Source of the DNA: a virus
Length of the DNA stretch: 64,000 nucleotides
Virus record (IMG/VR): IMGVR_UViG_3300010334_000030
Span: 32,001-96,000 of that record
Direction: 5' to 3' (one strand)
Part shown: positions 30,904 to 42,185 of the stretch, piece after piece
How the letters are laid out: each line of letters starts with the position of its first letter
Numbering within the stretch: the first letter of the stretch is position 1
Position numbers and translations under genes: made by a program
The notes under the pieces: model-generated
Seen by the model: only the letters and a program-made list of their open reading frames with translations
What the model was told of the DNA's origin: nothing
The model's database searches: none

Positions 30904-32688
30904 TTAATATATATCAGGTATAGTAAAAAAGCCTCCTGATCCTCCTGTATTTACTGTGCTAGTTGTTCCTGGGGTTATTCCAGTACTATAAGCTCTCCAA
31001 TAAACACCAATTCCCCCTGTAAATCCCCCTCCCGTAGCTGGCCTATAAATGGTAAAATCCATTGCTTGAGCTTTGAATGGGAGATTAACTACTCTATTGA
31101 CAGTTCCTGATGTCCCTCCATATCCGATATAGCCAAACCCATTATAGTTTGAAGTGTCAGAAAAGCTGGAAGGGCTGGAAGGGTAGCCATACCCTGAATA
31201 AGTATCAGATACACAATATGCAGTAAAGCTAACAGATTCCCCGGAGAGAAGGAAATTTCTGCTAGCAGTAGGCCCTGTTGACGAATATGTGTCATTCCAT
31301 CCTCCTGATCCTGAATAAAATCCAATCCCAACATAAGATCCTTTAGCTCCTCCTAAATTTGGAAAATTCGGAGTAAAAACTAAAGTATTCCCGCTAGTAA
31401 CCGGAACTACACCTAGAATCCCATTCTGCTGTGTGATTGTGAGTGTTTCCGTATATGGCTGAGATAATAAATACCACGAAACAACTTCATTTGTTCCCGT
31501 TGGACCACTGGCAGATGCTGTTATTCCTGAGAGATTTCCTGGAAAAATTATAGGCGAATATGAAGCACCAGTCAAAAGTTTGCCTCTAGAATCAAGATAT
31601 GATTTGTTTACATTTTGAGATTTGAAAGAAAAAGCATAGTTCTGGAGGGAAGATGCTGACAATGAATCATTTTCTCTCTCTACAGAAAGAAGTGATCCAG
31701 GTAATCCATTTATTCTTAGTACAGGAATTTCAGAAACAGAATTAGGGTAATTGAGATTAAAAGAATTCCTAATTTGAAGTGAGCTTCCATAATTAGGTCC
31801 ACTGTAGTATCCCTTATTGTAAGTCAAAAATTTAGAATCGATGACGAAGTTAGACGAATTTATCTGTATACCTCCAGTGGCATAGATCCCATTAAATCCG
31901 GAAGTTCCAGTAACCCCGACTCCATAATTAATAAACATGCTTCTTCCTGAGGATAAAGTAGAGGAATCAAAAGAGAAAGAAATTCCACCAGAAGCTCCAA
32001 GAGAAAATGATCCTCCCGGAATTCCCCATAGCAATGAGCTATTATTAATGCCTGGTGAAGTCCATTTAAATACTGGATGCTGTCCATAATCTAAAGGTGA
32101 ACCTGTTTCTAGATTTGTTTTAGAAAACTCAAGAAGTGCTCCTGAATTTACTGACGAATCAGTGGATATCACAAATTTGGAAAGATCCGGATTTGTTGGT
32201 CCTGCTTCTGGATTACTGTCTGAAAAAATAAAAGAATATAAGCTAGGATCTATCTGATTTATTATTAGAGAAGATCCGGTCAATCCGGAAGCTGGACTTG
32301 CATTATCTCTATACCTACTTTCCACTATAGAAAAAACCTCACCAGTCGAATTTAAATTATATCCAGTAGGGGTCCAGCCATAATCAGTAAAAATGCTAAT
32401 CTCACCATCATTGCTATTAACCCAATAGTCACTTAATATAATCGGATTATCAATACCACCTATTGGAGCTGAAGATGAGATTAACCACTTGCTCCCTCTG
32501 ACTCCAGAATTTCCTGTTTGTCCCTTTGGCCCAATCTCACCTATAGGACCAGCGGGACCGGTTTCACCCTGAATTCCCTGAGATCCCCCATGAAGCTCCA
32601 ACGTTTCATCAAAATTATTATTTAACTTATTTATAATAGAGCTCTGATCGTCATTATAATTTATAGCTAATATATTCGTTTTTGGCAT
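30904..32688 (-). CDS. Collagen-containing baseplate/fibre protein, paralogue 1
   Basis: DDQSSIINKLNNNF, 10 triplets, RGSKWL, SKFVIST. Confidence 0.7.
   Translation of the reverse strand: MPKTNILAINYNDDQSSIINKLNNNFDETLELHGGSQGIQGETGPAGPIGEIGPKGQTGNSGVRGSKWLISSSAPIGGIDNPIILSDYWVNSNDGEISIFTDYGWTPTGYNLNSTGEVFSIVESRYRDNASPASGLTGSSLIINQIDPSLYSFIFSDSNPEAGPTNPDLSKFVISTDSSVNSGALLEFSKTNLETGSPLDYGQHPVFKWTSPGINNSSLLWGIPGGSFSLGASGGISFSFDSSTLSSGRSMFINYGVGVTGTSGFNGIYATGGIQINSSNFVIDSKFLTYNKGYYSGPNYGSSLQIRNSFNLNYPNSVSEIPVLRINGLPGSLLSVERENDSLSASSLQNYAFSFKSQNVNKSYLDSRGKLLTGASYSPIIFPGNLSGITASASGPTGTNEVVSWYLLSQPYTETLTITQQNGILGVVPVTSGNTLVFTPNFPNLGGAKGSYVGIGFYSGSGGWNDTYSSTGPTASRNFLLSGESVSFTAYCVSDTYSGYGYPSSPSSFSDTSNYNGFGYIGYGGTSGTVNRVVNLPFKAQAMDFTIYRPATGGGFTGGIGVYWRAYSTGITPGTTSTVNTGGSGGFFTIPDIY
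30908..30915 (-). promoter_or_regulatory. GATATATA putative late-promoter motif embedded in the last codons (D-I-Y) of the upstream gene
   Basis: 25 nt upstream of ATG at 30882. Confidence 0.45.
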
Positions 32689-32689
32689 T

Positions 32690-35600
32690 TTATATCTTGA
32701 TTATACTTAAATCAAATTGGATTGAATAATTGTAATTTTTTTCTAGAGGATACTCAAATTCATACACTAAACTACTAATACTAGTTAGGCTATAGTTATT
32801 ATCTAAGATATAACCGTTATTAATCAAATCACTCTGAAGCAAATCCCCTCTAACGGCTTCTTTAATTGATGATAAATTTTCCTGACTAGCAGTTTTCTTT
32901 ACGTATAGATTAAAAGATCCACCCTGGAATGCTGGAGAAACGTTTAGATCTATATAGGAATTTATATCATCATTTATTGAATTTGGATCCCCTACTCCGA
33001 ACTCTGATATTATATTATCAATAAAAACGTTTTTTATTCCAGAATTAAGCAGAAATCTTCTTAAAATTCTATCCAATCTAATGATTCCCTTTAACTTATT
33101 TATGTCTTTAAAATACTGCCAAAAGATTTCACTCTCAGGAAATATGCTTAAATCCAATTTATTGAAATCTACCCCCGAAAGATATGGCCCAACGGATCCT
33201 ATGCCTTTCCCTGAATTTGAAGATGTGATGTTTTGAATTGGTTTTATAAATCCGCTTATTATAGAATTTAAAGAAGATATGCTTGTAGAGCCTGAAGTTC
33301 TTGATATTTCCAAAGTTATGTAATTCGGGGCTGATATAGAGTCTGGGGTCTTCATTATTTTAGAGCCAAAGAAAGTTTTTATCTCCTTCATAGATCTGGT
33401 TCCTGCCATTTTGAGGTAAGTTGTTGCACTTGTGTAACCCCTATAATATCCAGGATCCCAAGAAGATGAGAATAAATTAAAGTCCCTAATTGCTATTGGG
33501 GTTTGACCTACTAGAGGATAAACAGGTCCTTCTGGTATGGAGCTAGATAAAGCCAAAATTGGATTTCCTAATGAAACCTTGGTATAGCTTAGATTTCTGG
33601 AAACCCCAAAGTAATATTTACCAGAATCAAAATTGCAATTTCTATATGATAGATCTATGGAGTGTGTTCCTTCTGAAATAGAATCGATCTTGTCCTTGTT
33701 AAAATGAATCACCTTTCTAAAAATGGGCTCATAGAATCCAGAGTATCTAACTAAAATGGAAGAATATTTACCATCACCCGGATTTAAAACGTAATTTGTT
33801 ACTTTGGAGGTACCCCTAAGATCTTGAGGACCAGTATATGATTTAGAAAAACTTGTACCTAATGGTTTTATTATTTTAGTTGGCGGTTCAAAATAGATCT
33901 CAAATCCATTACTTTTAGAATCAGTACTTAAATCTACATCATTCCAAAAATAAGAAGTGTAAGTGATATAGCTAGAGCTGCTGTTTATTTTTTGAGAAAT
34001 GTATGCTGCTGTGCATCTGTTTAGAATTCCGCTAAAATATTTTTCCCCTCCGCCCACCTGAAAAACCGGTGCATCTTTATATATTACATTAGAACCAACA
34101 GGGACAATTACTGGCGAAGATATTGAAAAAGGAACGTTGAAAATATAATTTTGAGCCTCTGAAACCTGACCAAAATTGACATAGGAAGGACCAATACCAG
34201 TAGGCCAAGGGTACGTGCAAGAAATAGAGGGTACACTAAAACTACCAATTCCAGTTGCTAAGATTGTTGGTGCAGTAGCTCCTATTGGATTCTGTACATA
34301 AAAAAGATGGATCTCTTCCCTTAGATCTGTATCGTAAGAGTTATTTTTAGCTATGTTTATTCTCCCATTCACCCCGGTATTCGTATCAACTAAACTACCC
34401 GCTGCTAGTGATAGATCTAACCCAGAGCTCAATTTGACGTCATCAATATAAGTAAATTTAGATCCGGTAGTGATAGGATATTCTAGGTATGCAGAGAATG
34501 CTCCCGTGAAATCCAATGTTGGGGTTACTTCTAATCCAGAATTTGCTGCAGCTTTTATAACGGAATTTCCTGATGCTGTTATACCAGAGCCTATATTAAC
34601 TCCACAAAATCCTATAGACACAGAACCTGCAGTTACGCCGGAGATTTCGTATACCAGATTATAAAAAGCACCAGTGGCTGCGGAGAAAACATCGGATATT
34701 AAAGGGTCAGCGGAGGAGTTATACTCGTGGGTATATCCGCTAGAAAAATCAGTTCCTGTCCAGCCATCTCCTGATCCAGTAGTAATTAAAGTAGGTGGGG
34801 TAACACTAGTTTTATTCTTAGCAGAATATAAAGTGGTATAATCTATTATATAATCATCAGATTGGATAGATCCTAGAGGAAATAGCCTTTGGTCTTTCAT
34901 TATCAGATTGCAAACAAACAAAACGAATTTTTGCTGGGCGTTCTCAATAACTTCGTAGGAAACTGGAGCTTGAATTATAGAATCGTCCTCATTAACTATT
35001 CTTAATATCGCTGAAAATTTATAATCTTCATAGCCTCTATAATTAGGAATATATTTACTAGTTGAGTTGGTATAATTTTCTACCTTTTTTTTAAGAACAA
35101 CCTTAATTCCTCTAAAGATTGTTTCATAATAAGAAGATGCCGGATTATATTGAAAAGAAGAGAAAAGCTCCTTAGTGTAATTCTTTTCGTTAACATATTC
35201 TTGCGGATAATCACCAGGCTCAACCGTAAAATAAGAAGAAAGATAAAGGGAATCTTCAGGATTTGCACTTCTAGCTTTATCCAGATCTATTTTACCTGAC
35301 AAATAACTTTTTTGATCACCCATATCTTCTACGGGGAAGTTTCTAGGAGGTTGCTCCAACAAAAACCACTCCATTGTTAGATATCTAGTATCTATAGATA
35401 TTTTATCTAAGCTTGGAGAAAAATTAAGTGGTGTGAAAGCTGGGCTTGAATTTAGCCTGTATTGATTACCTCTTGCATCGTATCCATTAAAATAGCCCCA
35501 TTTGTTTATATAAGGAACTATTCTGGAGATGTTAGATCTTTCTATAGTGTAATTTTCCCACAAATACTCATATTCGGTATTCAATTTACCGTTATTGAAA

Positions 35601-38494
35601 ACGTCCAATTTAGAGGCGGAAGAACTTAATCTGGTAGGATCTAAACTTTGAATCCCTATAAACCCATCAAACGTATTAAAGTCCTGATAATAGTCAATAT
35701 TAGAATAATTCATATTACCAGTATATGTGACGTTAGAATACTGAGCAGGAAAAACAACAGGCAAAGAATTCAAAGATGGAGCAGAATTAATAAAAGATGT
35801 TGATCCTGTTATACCATAAAATAAATCTCCTGTATTATAAATTGAGCCAGAATACAGAATCTGTCCACTCTTTACAAAATAAGGTATATTAGCTTTAATC
35901 TCACCAGTTCTATTAACTTCTAATTGATAATACTTATATGTTTCCGGGGTTGGCGTATAAGAATACTCAGAACTCCAGAAATCAAAATCAAATTCCTTGA
36001 CGTCAAAGAATGTAAATACCCCTATATGGCTTTTATTTGAGCTATACACATTAAACGATCCATCAGATCCTAACTGAACTGTTGCAAATTGATTAGCAAG
36101 ATTAGCAACCAGGAGGCTATCAAAATTGTTAAATGACGTTATTTGACCAGTCAATGGATCAATTATTGGTTCGTCAACATACTTAGTCACTTCTAAAATT
36201 TCAGAGGTTCCTGTTAAACTGTTTATGAAATAGCCTGGTTTAACTATGTTTGAGTACTTGTTGCTGAAAACTACTCTACATTCTTTAGTATCCGATCCGC
36301 CAATAAAATTAACATTTTTGAATATCTGAGAAGCATCAGCCCCATTTATTTTAACATATCCTGATTTTGAAAAGGTGTAATAGATTTCCCAGTTATCAAT
36401 ATCATCATCAGGTGATGGACTTAGACTAGTAGACGCTACTATGTTATTTAAAGCTGAATAATAGGTCTCATTATAAAGAACAATATCAGATTGTGAGTAT
36501 GAAGAAGTACTATCCCATGATCCTTTAAATCTTGAAGTAAATTCATCATAGTTATCAAAGATACTAACAGAATAAGATTTATCCGTTTGTATGCCCCTGA
36601 ATTTTGATCTAATAATAGAGGATGCTGAATTATTTGCAGAATCCCAAGTTGAGGTGTCTACACTTCTTATTAAGGATGAAAATGCCGATGCTATTTCAGT
36701 AGTAGATCCGGTGATAGCATTAAAGTAGTACGAAGTACCACTAGAATAATAAGATCCTCCAGTCCAAATGAGAACAGCTGAAAAATCTCCAGATTTAACA
36801 AGATCATATTTTCTTCCACCTTCCCTAATAGACCCATTAGGCCAATATATTTTAAATGTAAGATGCTCCGGGAATTCCCAATTCTTCAAAAACTCAACTT
36901 CAAAATACGGGTTTCCTGCTTTAGAAGCATTTGAACCTGGAACGGTAGCAATTTTTTTATCACTCCCGGTAAAATTCAAAAGATCTGTCTTAGTGTTATG
37001 TATTACCAGGGATCCGCTTGAATTAGAGTGGAAAGATCCAGTAGTTCCAAATGAATCCGTTTCTGGACGATAAGGACCATATTGATAGCAAGAGATGTCA
37101 GTACCAGATGCCAGTTCTTCCGAATATTTTTCAATTCTTTTTAAGCTGTAAAAATTATCATACTTATCTGTTAAATAAAAAAGTTTATCTGAATATTCAA
37201 CATTTACATTATCAGATCCTGGTAGATATCCGCTGGCACCCTCGTAGTAAAGTCTAACCCCGCAAGAAGATGATATTGGATTAGAAAAATTATTGTCATA
37301 GTATCCAACATTATTTACGGATGGCTTTGGAAGATTTAAATTACCCGCATCGTTTTTGTGCTTAAAAAAGAAATTACCGTTTAACTGTAATTCGGAAACA
37401 TCATTACGTGAAACATAAAGACCAAAATACCTATTTATAGTATAGAGATCAGAGTCTTCATCATTAAAAAGAAACTCTAGATTAAGAAGATTTGGACAAA
37501 TTAAACCATTTCTTGAAAACCCCGAAGTGATATAATCTTCTAGATCTATCATTGGATCAGATTTAGAAGAGGATAAAAACGAACTTAGCTGTTCTCCTTT
37601 TTTAGAAAAAACCCCTTCTGAATAGCTAACTCCTTTAAAATAGCTATATGAATCATTTCCCCAGTTAATCTCTAATGGTGATGTGGAAAACCCTGGATTA
37701 TTAAAAATAGATCTTATATACTTTCCAATTTTAGTTGATTCCCTAAGGTCAAATGTTTTAATTACCCTGCAATTCGGAAGAATTTTTTCTCTAAATGTCG
37801 AATCAATATTATCAACAAGTGAGATGTTATTTAACTCATTAAATATAGCAACTTTTCCACTTCCACTTAGTATTGAATACGAATCAACATTTAAAACCCC
37901 TTTAAAAATATCACCACTTTTATAACTCTTTGGATTACCGTATGGATCAATCCCATATTGTATAATAAAATCACCATCCGATGAATAATCTTGGATAACC
38001 TTGTAAGAAGTACCCTCTGATATTTTAGTTTGGTTTTCTGTGTAAGAATAGCTTAAAGGTCCAGGAACTTTAAACACAACAAAAAAATCTGGTATTTCAT
38101 TTTTAACCCAAAGAGGCTGGAAGTACGAAAAATCTTCATTATAATTACCATCAATTAATAAAGAAGCTCCACTAGAATAGAAAAAATCATATTGTCCTGA
38201 AAAATTCTCAGCAGATCTTTTATCACCGTCGGTAAATTTAGCAACATCAAAAACTATGCTATTAGAAAGTGTACCCTTATCAAAATAATTAAATAGATCA
38301 ACGGAGTAACTATTATCACCTGTTATATTAAATCTCTTAAAACGTGATGAACTTAATGTTTGATTAGCATTCATAGAATTAAACCAAACACCTCCGGAAG
38401 AATCAACAGTAATTTTAAAATTTCCAGAAATTTTAGGATTAGTTCTAATTACTGAGAATGATGTATTATAATCAAAAAGTTTAGATTGGGACAT
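32690..38494 (-). CDS. Giant virion structural protein (1934 aa)
   Basis: Uninterrupted ORF in the tail/baseplate block; contains a CBM5/12-like segment WDSTSSYSQSDIVLYNETYY...NWE. Confidence 0.65.
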   Translation of the reverse strand: MSQSKLFDYNTSFSVIRTNPKISGNFKITVDSSGGVWFNSMNANQTLSSSRFKRFNITGDNSYSVDLFNYFDKGTLSNSIVFDVAKFTDGDKRSAENFSGQYDFFYSSGASLLIDGNYNEDFSYFQPLWVKNEIPDFFVVFKVPGPLSYSYTENQTKISEGTSYKVIQDYSSDGDFIIQYGIDPYGNPKSYKSGDIFKGVLNVDSYSILSGSGKVAIFNELNNISLVDNIDSTFREKILPNCRVIKTFDLRESTKIGKYIRSIFNNPGFSTSPLEINWGNDSYSYFKGVSYSEGVFSKKGEQLSSFLSSSKSDPMIDLEDYITSGFSRNGLICPNLLNLEFLFNDEDSDLYTINRYFGLYVSRNDVSELQLNGNFFFKHKNDAGNLNLPKPSVNNVGYYDNNFSNPISSSCGVRLYYEGASGYLPGSDNVNVEYSDKLFYLTDKYDNFYSLKRIEKYSEELASGTDISCYQYGPYRPETDSFGTTGSFHSNSSGSLVIHNTKTDLLNFTGSDKKIATVPGSNASKAGNPYFEVEFLKNWEFPEHLTFKIYWPNGSIREGGRKYDLVKSGDFSAVLIWTGGSYYSSGTSYYFNAITGSTTEIASAFSSLIRSVDTSTWDSANNSASSIIRSKFRGIQTDKSYSVSIFDNYDEFTSRFKGSWDSTSSYSQSDIVLYNETYYSALNNIVASTSLSPSPDDDIDNWEIYYTFSKSGYVKINGADASQIFKNVNFIGGSDTKECRVVFSNKYSNIVKPGYFINSLTGTSEILEVTKYVDEPIIDPLTGQITSFNNFDSLLVANLANQFATVQLGSDGSFNVYSSNKSHIGVFTFFDVKEFDFDFWSSEYSYTPTPETYKYYQLEVNRTGEIKANIPYFVKSGQILYSGSIYNTGDLFYGITGSTSFINSAPSLNSLPVVFPAQYSNVTYTGNMNYSNIDYYQDFNTFDGFIGIQSLDPTRLSSSASKLDVFNNGKLNTEYEYLWENYTIERSNISRIVPYINKWGYFNGYDARGNQYRLNSSPAFTPLNFSPSLDKISIDTRYLTMEWFLLEQPPRNFPVEDMGDQKSYLSGKIDLDKARSANPEDSLYLSSYFTVEPGDYPQEYVNEKNYTKELFSSFQYNPASSYYETIFRGIKVVLKKKVENYTNSTSKYIPNYRGYEDYKFSAILRIVNEDDSIIQAPVSYEVIENAQQKFVLFVCNLIMKDQRLFPLGSIQSDDYIIDYTTLYSAKNKTSVTPPTLITTGSGDGWTGTDFSSGYTHEYNSSADPLISDVFSAATGAFYNLVYEISGVTAGSVSIGFCGVNIGSGITASGNSVIKAAANSGLEVTPTLDFTGAFSAYLEYPITTGSKFTYIDDVKLSSGLDLSLAAGSLVDTNTGVNGRINIAKNNSYDTDLREEIHLFYVQNPIGATAPTILATGIGSFSVPSISCTYPWPTGIGPSYVNFGQVSEAQNYIFNVPFSISSPVIVPVGSNVIYKDAPVFQVGGGEKYFSGILNRCTAAYISQKINSSSSYITYTSYFWNDVDLSTDSKSNGFEIYFEPPTKIIKPLGTSFSKSYTGPQDLRGTSKVTNYVLNPGDGKYSSILVRYSGFYEPIFRKVIHFNKDKIDSISEGTHSIDLSYRNCNFDSGKYYFGVSRNLSYTKVSLGNPILALSSSIPEGPVYPLVGQTPIAIRDFNLFSSSWDPGYYRGYTSATTYLKMAGTRSMKEIKTFFGSKIMKTPDSISAPNYITLEISRTSGSTSISSLNSIISGFIKPIQNITSSNSGKGIGSVGPYLSGVDFNKLDLSIFPESEIFWQYFKDINKLKGIIRLDRILRRFLLNSGIKNVFIDNIISEFGVGDPNSINDDINSYIDLNVSPAFQGGSFNLYVKKTASQENLSSIKEAVRGDLLQSDLINNGYILDNNYSLTSISSLVYEFEYPLEKNYNYSIQFDLSIIKI

Positions 38495-38524
38495 ATTATC
38501 CTTTGATTTTATCTATTACCTAAT

Positions 38525-41500
38525 TTACACTCTCCCACTACTAAAATTAGGGGAAACTAGAGTGTCGTTTTTATATGATCCAGTTACTTGTACATCAAAA
38601 GAAAATGGATCCTCGTTCAGTACTTTTACATCTATACCTATTTTTTTAGTATAGGTTATATTTGTGATGTTACCTGTTTTTCTCCATCCGCCAATATATC
38701 CAGCCTTATCCACTGTTCTGAATTGAAAAACAAGAGGAATGTTTATCGCATTAGAATCACCATCAAAAAGATTAGTAGAAGAAAGACTTGTGTTTCCAGG
38801 AACCTGTATTTTATTTGCTAAAGACGGAGCCAAGAATAAATAAGCACCGCACGAATATTTACCTATTAAGTATTCATCGTTTGAGGTAAACCCTAGCTTA
38901 TCTGAATACATGTTATCAGCCCTTGGAGTTTGATCATCAGTGGGAAACACACCAGGGGATCTGTATGAGCTCTGAACCCAATAGTAATTTAATGAAGTGT
39001 CTCCCCAAAAACATTGAGTGTGTCTAAAAGGAGCATATGATATTGCTTGTGTTGGATCTGCATAAGGCTTTACCAAGGTAGGATAATCCCCGTTATAAGT
39101 ATTCTGGTTTCCAACCTCTATTAAATATGGATGTCTTACATCTATACAAAACTCTGAAATTGCTCCTCCCCCTAAAGGTGATCCGCCACTGGTATCTGAA
39201 AAATAACCAGACCAAATATTAGATGACGTTGCACCAGATATGGTTGGGTCAATATTTCGAGGATCGTAAGGGGTCATTATAGTTCCGTTTTGCGGATATC
39301 TATCTGTTACCCCAAAATTTGTCTGAGTTATAGCATCATAGAGATAACTTGTAAAATAGGTATTACTAAAATACGTAGAAAGATTCTGTGGTGCGGATGA
39401 ATTATTAAGAAGGATCTGATCAAATCCAACACTTTTATACCTTTGATAAATAAATTGCGAATAAGAACTTGCCGATGCATAGGGTGGCTGTTGTCTAAAA
39501 AACGTATTAGATCTTCCGTCAGCAACAAGAGCAGACTGTGTTACAGATGTTAAAGAAATAGGAGCATCACTGTATCTAAGATTGGTATCATATCCCGACG
39601 GATAGTTATTCTCGACTGTTAGAGGAGCTCTAGTATCAAGCCCACCAGGAATAGATGATCCTAGCTCAACCGGGGATGCCTGTGAATTGTATAGCTGAAT
39701 AGAATAAGTAATGGAAGCAATCTTTCCAGCGTCATAATTTAAAGGTGAGGTAAAAAAGTCACTTGTAAATCCAGCATTTAGCTTAATCGAAGATCCTTTA
39801 GAAACTTTAAGCTTATTGCCTGATGAATCAACTATATAAACTTCAAGAACACCTCTAGCATTACTTATATTAGACTTAATTAGATTTATTTGATTTTGCA
39901 GATCAGTAAGCTTTTCAAAAAGATTTATCACCACACCATTACTTGTAAAAAATCCACTAGCTATTCCACTAGTATCATGAAAATATGTTTTATCTCCGGA
40001 AGTAAACTGTTGGGAAAGGTGAATCGGAAGACCCTGTGCATCAAGATCAGATTGCATTTTAACGACTGCAGCATCTTGATTATTCACCTTTACTATATCA
40101 GAAACCCCGGAAACTGATAGATTATCAGGGAAAGATATTATAACAGAAGTAGAATAATCTGACACTAAAGGATTATCTGGCCAGCCAGCTTCAGAGACTG
40201 AAGCAATCTGAATTTCCAGCCTTTCTCCTTTCGTAATAGGAAGATCTAATTGATTTATATTTTGCGCATTCCCATCTGCTGTTATTTCTGGAGACCAAAC
40301 ATACACCCCCTTAGAGGTTAAATACTCTTTTTTTCTAATGTCGGTTTTGTATTCAATCCAGTTCGAAAAAGTGCCGGTTTTTAGCGTACCGTCAGTGTCC
40401 ATATATTCTATCGTCTCAGAAGGCTGAGCTGAACCTGAATCGCTTAAATATCTATACCTAACAGAAAATTGAATCACCTCCTGATTTCCTGTCTGAGAGC
40501 TATATCTAGGTAAAGGGATTGGCCAAAATCCTCTAACCCTGTACTTTGGTGTTTCTAACAGCTGAGGAACGTCCGTAGTAAGAGAATTCACGTCAGCTAC
40601 AATAGAAGAATAAAGCTGAACTTTTTTACTTCTCTCCTCTATCAAATTATTTAAACTTGCTCTCAAAGAATTAACATTAACCCCAATAGGATTAGTAACC
40701 TGTCTGTTTTGGGATTGTGTTAGATTTGCTCCAAGAATTGCATTAATTTCATTGTTCTGGGTATTTAATTGAGAAGATGACTGATTAGAAGTACCGATTC
40801 CTGTATTTAATTGTAGTCTAACTTTATTAATCGAATCATCTAAAGATGATATCTCGCTTTTTAAAGTGGACTTAGCCTGTAGCTTTTCGTTTATTGTTTT
40901 TACTGATGTCGAGTCAGTAACCTGTTTATTGATTTGAACAACCTTAAAGTTATCAGAAGAAACTTGGGGCGTATCGGGGAGAAGCCCTTGAACCGCAGGG
41001 ATTTTTTTCTCCTTAGACATTCCCAAAAATATTTTACCCAGATCCGAAACATCTGACAGATAATAGCTCTCCAGTGAAACTACGTTTCCGTTAGAATCTT
41101 TTGTCTCCAGATTATTACTCCAGAAAACAATACCGGATGACCAATTAGATCCAACTATATTAAAATTATCATCTATTGTTTTAAAGAAAATCCCTTGTCT
41201 TTCGTTATACCCAATATTAACCTGAATATATCTTGGTCCGAAATCGGTTGAAGAAATAGAAAGGGTATTTGCCCCAAGAGCTATTGGATCATACCCTGAA
41301 ATTCGTTTAGCTTGTATTGAAGATTGATCCTTGTTAACTGATGTTATTAAATAAAGTGTTCCCCCCGGTGTTGATATTTTATCATTAACGTCTAGATATC
41401 TACCGTCATTAACTCCGGAAAGTGAATCGGTATATTTAAGTGTATTAAGCTTATAATTTCTTCTTGTTTCTTTAAATGTTTTACCGTTCTTATCTGTCAT

Positions 41501-42175
41501 TGTTATGACATCATCATAATAAGAGATAACACTAAAATTTCCAAAAAATCTAATTGATCTTAAAGGCAACTGGATAATATCTTCATCTACAAAATAATCA
41601 ATACCAGCATCTGATAGATAATTTATAAATTGATCATGTGAAAGATCGTTTCTTCCACTTAGATTTTTATCAAAGTAACTTTGTTTAGTTACCGTGTCAG
41701 TGTTGGCAATTATTCTTTTAATCTGAACTCGATCCTCTGAATCTGGGATTTTATCAGTTACATTAACATTTATATAAAGAAGAGGACTTAGAAAACTTTC
41801 AAAGAACCAATTATCCTTTACGTAGAATGTTTTAGGTACTGGCAGATTTGAAAGAGCTACAGGATCTTTAAGTGTTTCAGTTTTATAAACTTGCGAATAT
41901 GTTCCGTCAGGATTTCTGATTGTTGCAGAATTATCACCTAGGCCTGCAAGGGCTTTTATGTTATTATCAAGTCTTTGGATTTCACCTCTTAGATATCCAT
42001 ACGAAGGTATGTTTGCATTTTTTGGTAAACCGTTTTCATCCAAAACTTCTATAGATACAGTAGCATTAGTGGAAACTGCGGCTTCGTTTAAACCGTTTAA
42101 TATCTCCAATGAATTCTTCTGCAGTCTTAAAAACTGAGCTATTAATGAACTTACTGAATTTTGTGTACCTGCCAT
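38525..42175 (-). CDS. Large virion structural protein with coiled-coil segments
   Basis: 1216 aa; structural context. Confidence 0.6.
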   Translation of the reverse strand: MAGTQNSVSSLIAQFLRLQKNSLEILNGLNEAAVSTNATVSIEVLDENGLPKNANIPSYGYLRGEIQRLDNNIKALAGLGDNSATIRNPDGTYSQVYKTETLKDPVALSNLPVPKTFYVKDNWFFESFLSPLLYINVNVTDKIPDSEDRVQIKRIIANTDTVTKQSYFDKNLSGRNDLSHDQFINYLSDAGIDYFVDEDIIQLPLRSIRFFGNFSVISYYDDVITMTDKNGKTFKETRRNYKLNTLKYTDSLSGVNDGRYLDVNDKISTPGGTLYLITSVNKDQSSIQAKRISGYDPIALGANTLSISSTDFGPRYIQVNIGYNERQGIFFKTIDDNFNIVGSNWSSGIVFWSNNLETKDSNGNVVSLESYYLSDVSDLGKIFLGMSKEKKIPAVQGLLPDTPQVSSDNFKVVQINKQVTDSTSVKTINEKLQAKSTLKSEISSLDDSINKVRLQLNTGIGTSNQSSSQLNTQNNEINAILGANLTQSQNRQVTNPIGVNVNSLRASLNNLIEERSKKVQLYSSIVADVNSLTTDVPQLLETPKYRVRGFWPIPLPRYSSQTGNQEVIQFSVRYRYLSDSGSAQPSETIEYMDTDGTLKTGTFSNWIEYKTDIRKKEYLTSKGVYVWSPEITADGNAQNINQLDLPITKGERLEIQIASVSEAGWPDNPLVSDYSTSVIISFPDNLSVSGVSDIVKVNNQDAAVVKMQSDLDAQGLPIHLSQQFTSGDKTYFHDTSGIASGFFTSNGVVINLFEKLTDLQNQINLIKSNISNARGVLEVYIVDSSGNKLKVSKGSSIKLNAGFTSDFFTSPLNYDAGKIASITYSIQLYNSQASPVELGSSIPGGLDTRAPLTVENNYPSGYDTNLRYSDAPISLTSVTQSALVADGRSNTFFRQQPPYASASSYSQFIYQRYKSVGFDQILLNNSSAPQNLSTYFSNTYFTSYLYDAITQTNFGVTDRYPQNGTIMTPYDPRNIDPTISGATSSNIWSGYFSDTSGGSPLGGGAISEFCIDVRHPYLIEVGNQNTYNGDYPTLVKPYADPTQAISYAPFRHTQCFWGDTSLNYYWVQSSYRSPGVFPTDDQTPRADNMYSDKLGFTSNDEYLIGKYSCGAYLFLAPSLANKIQVPGNTSLSSTNLFDGDSNAINIPLVFQFRTVDKAGYIGGWRKTGNITNITYTKKIGIDVKVLNEDPFSFDVQVTGSYKNDTLVSPNFSSGRV

Positions 42176-42185
42176 TTCTTAATTA

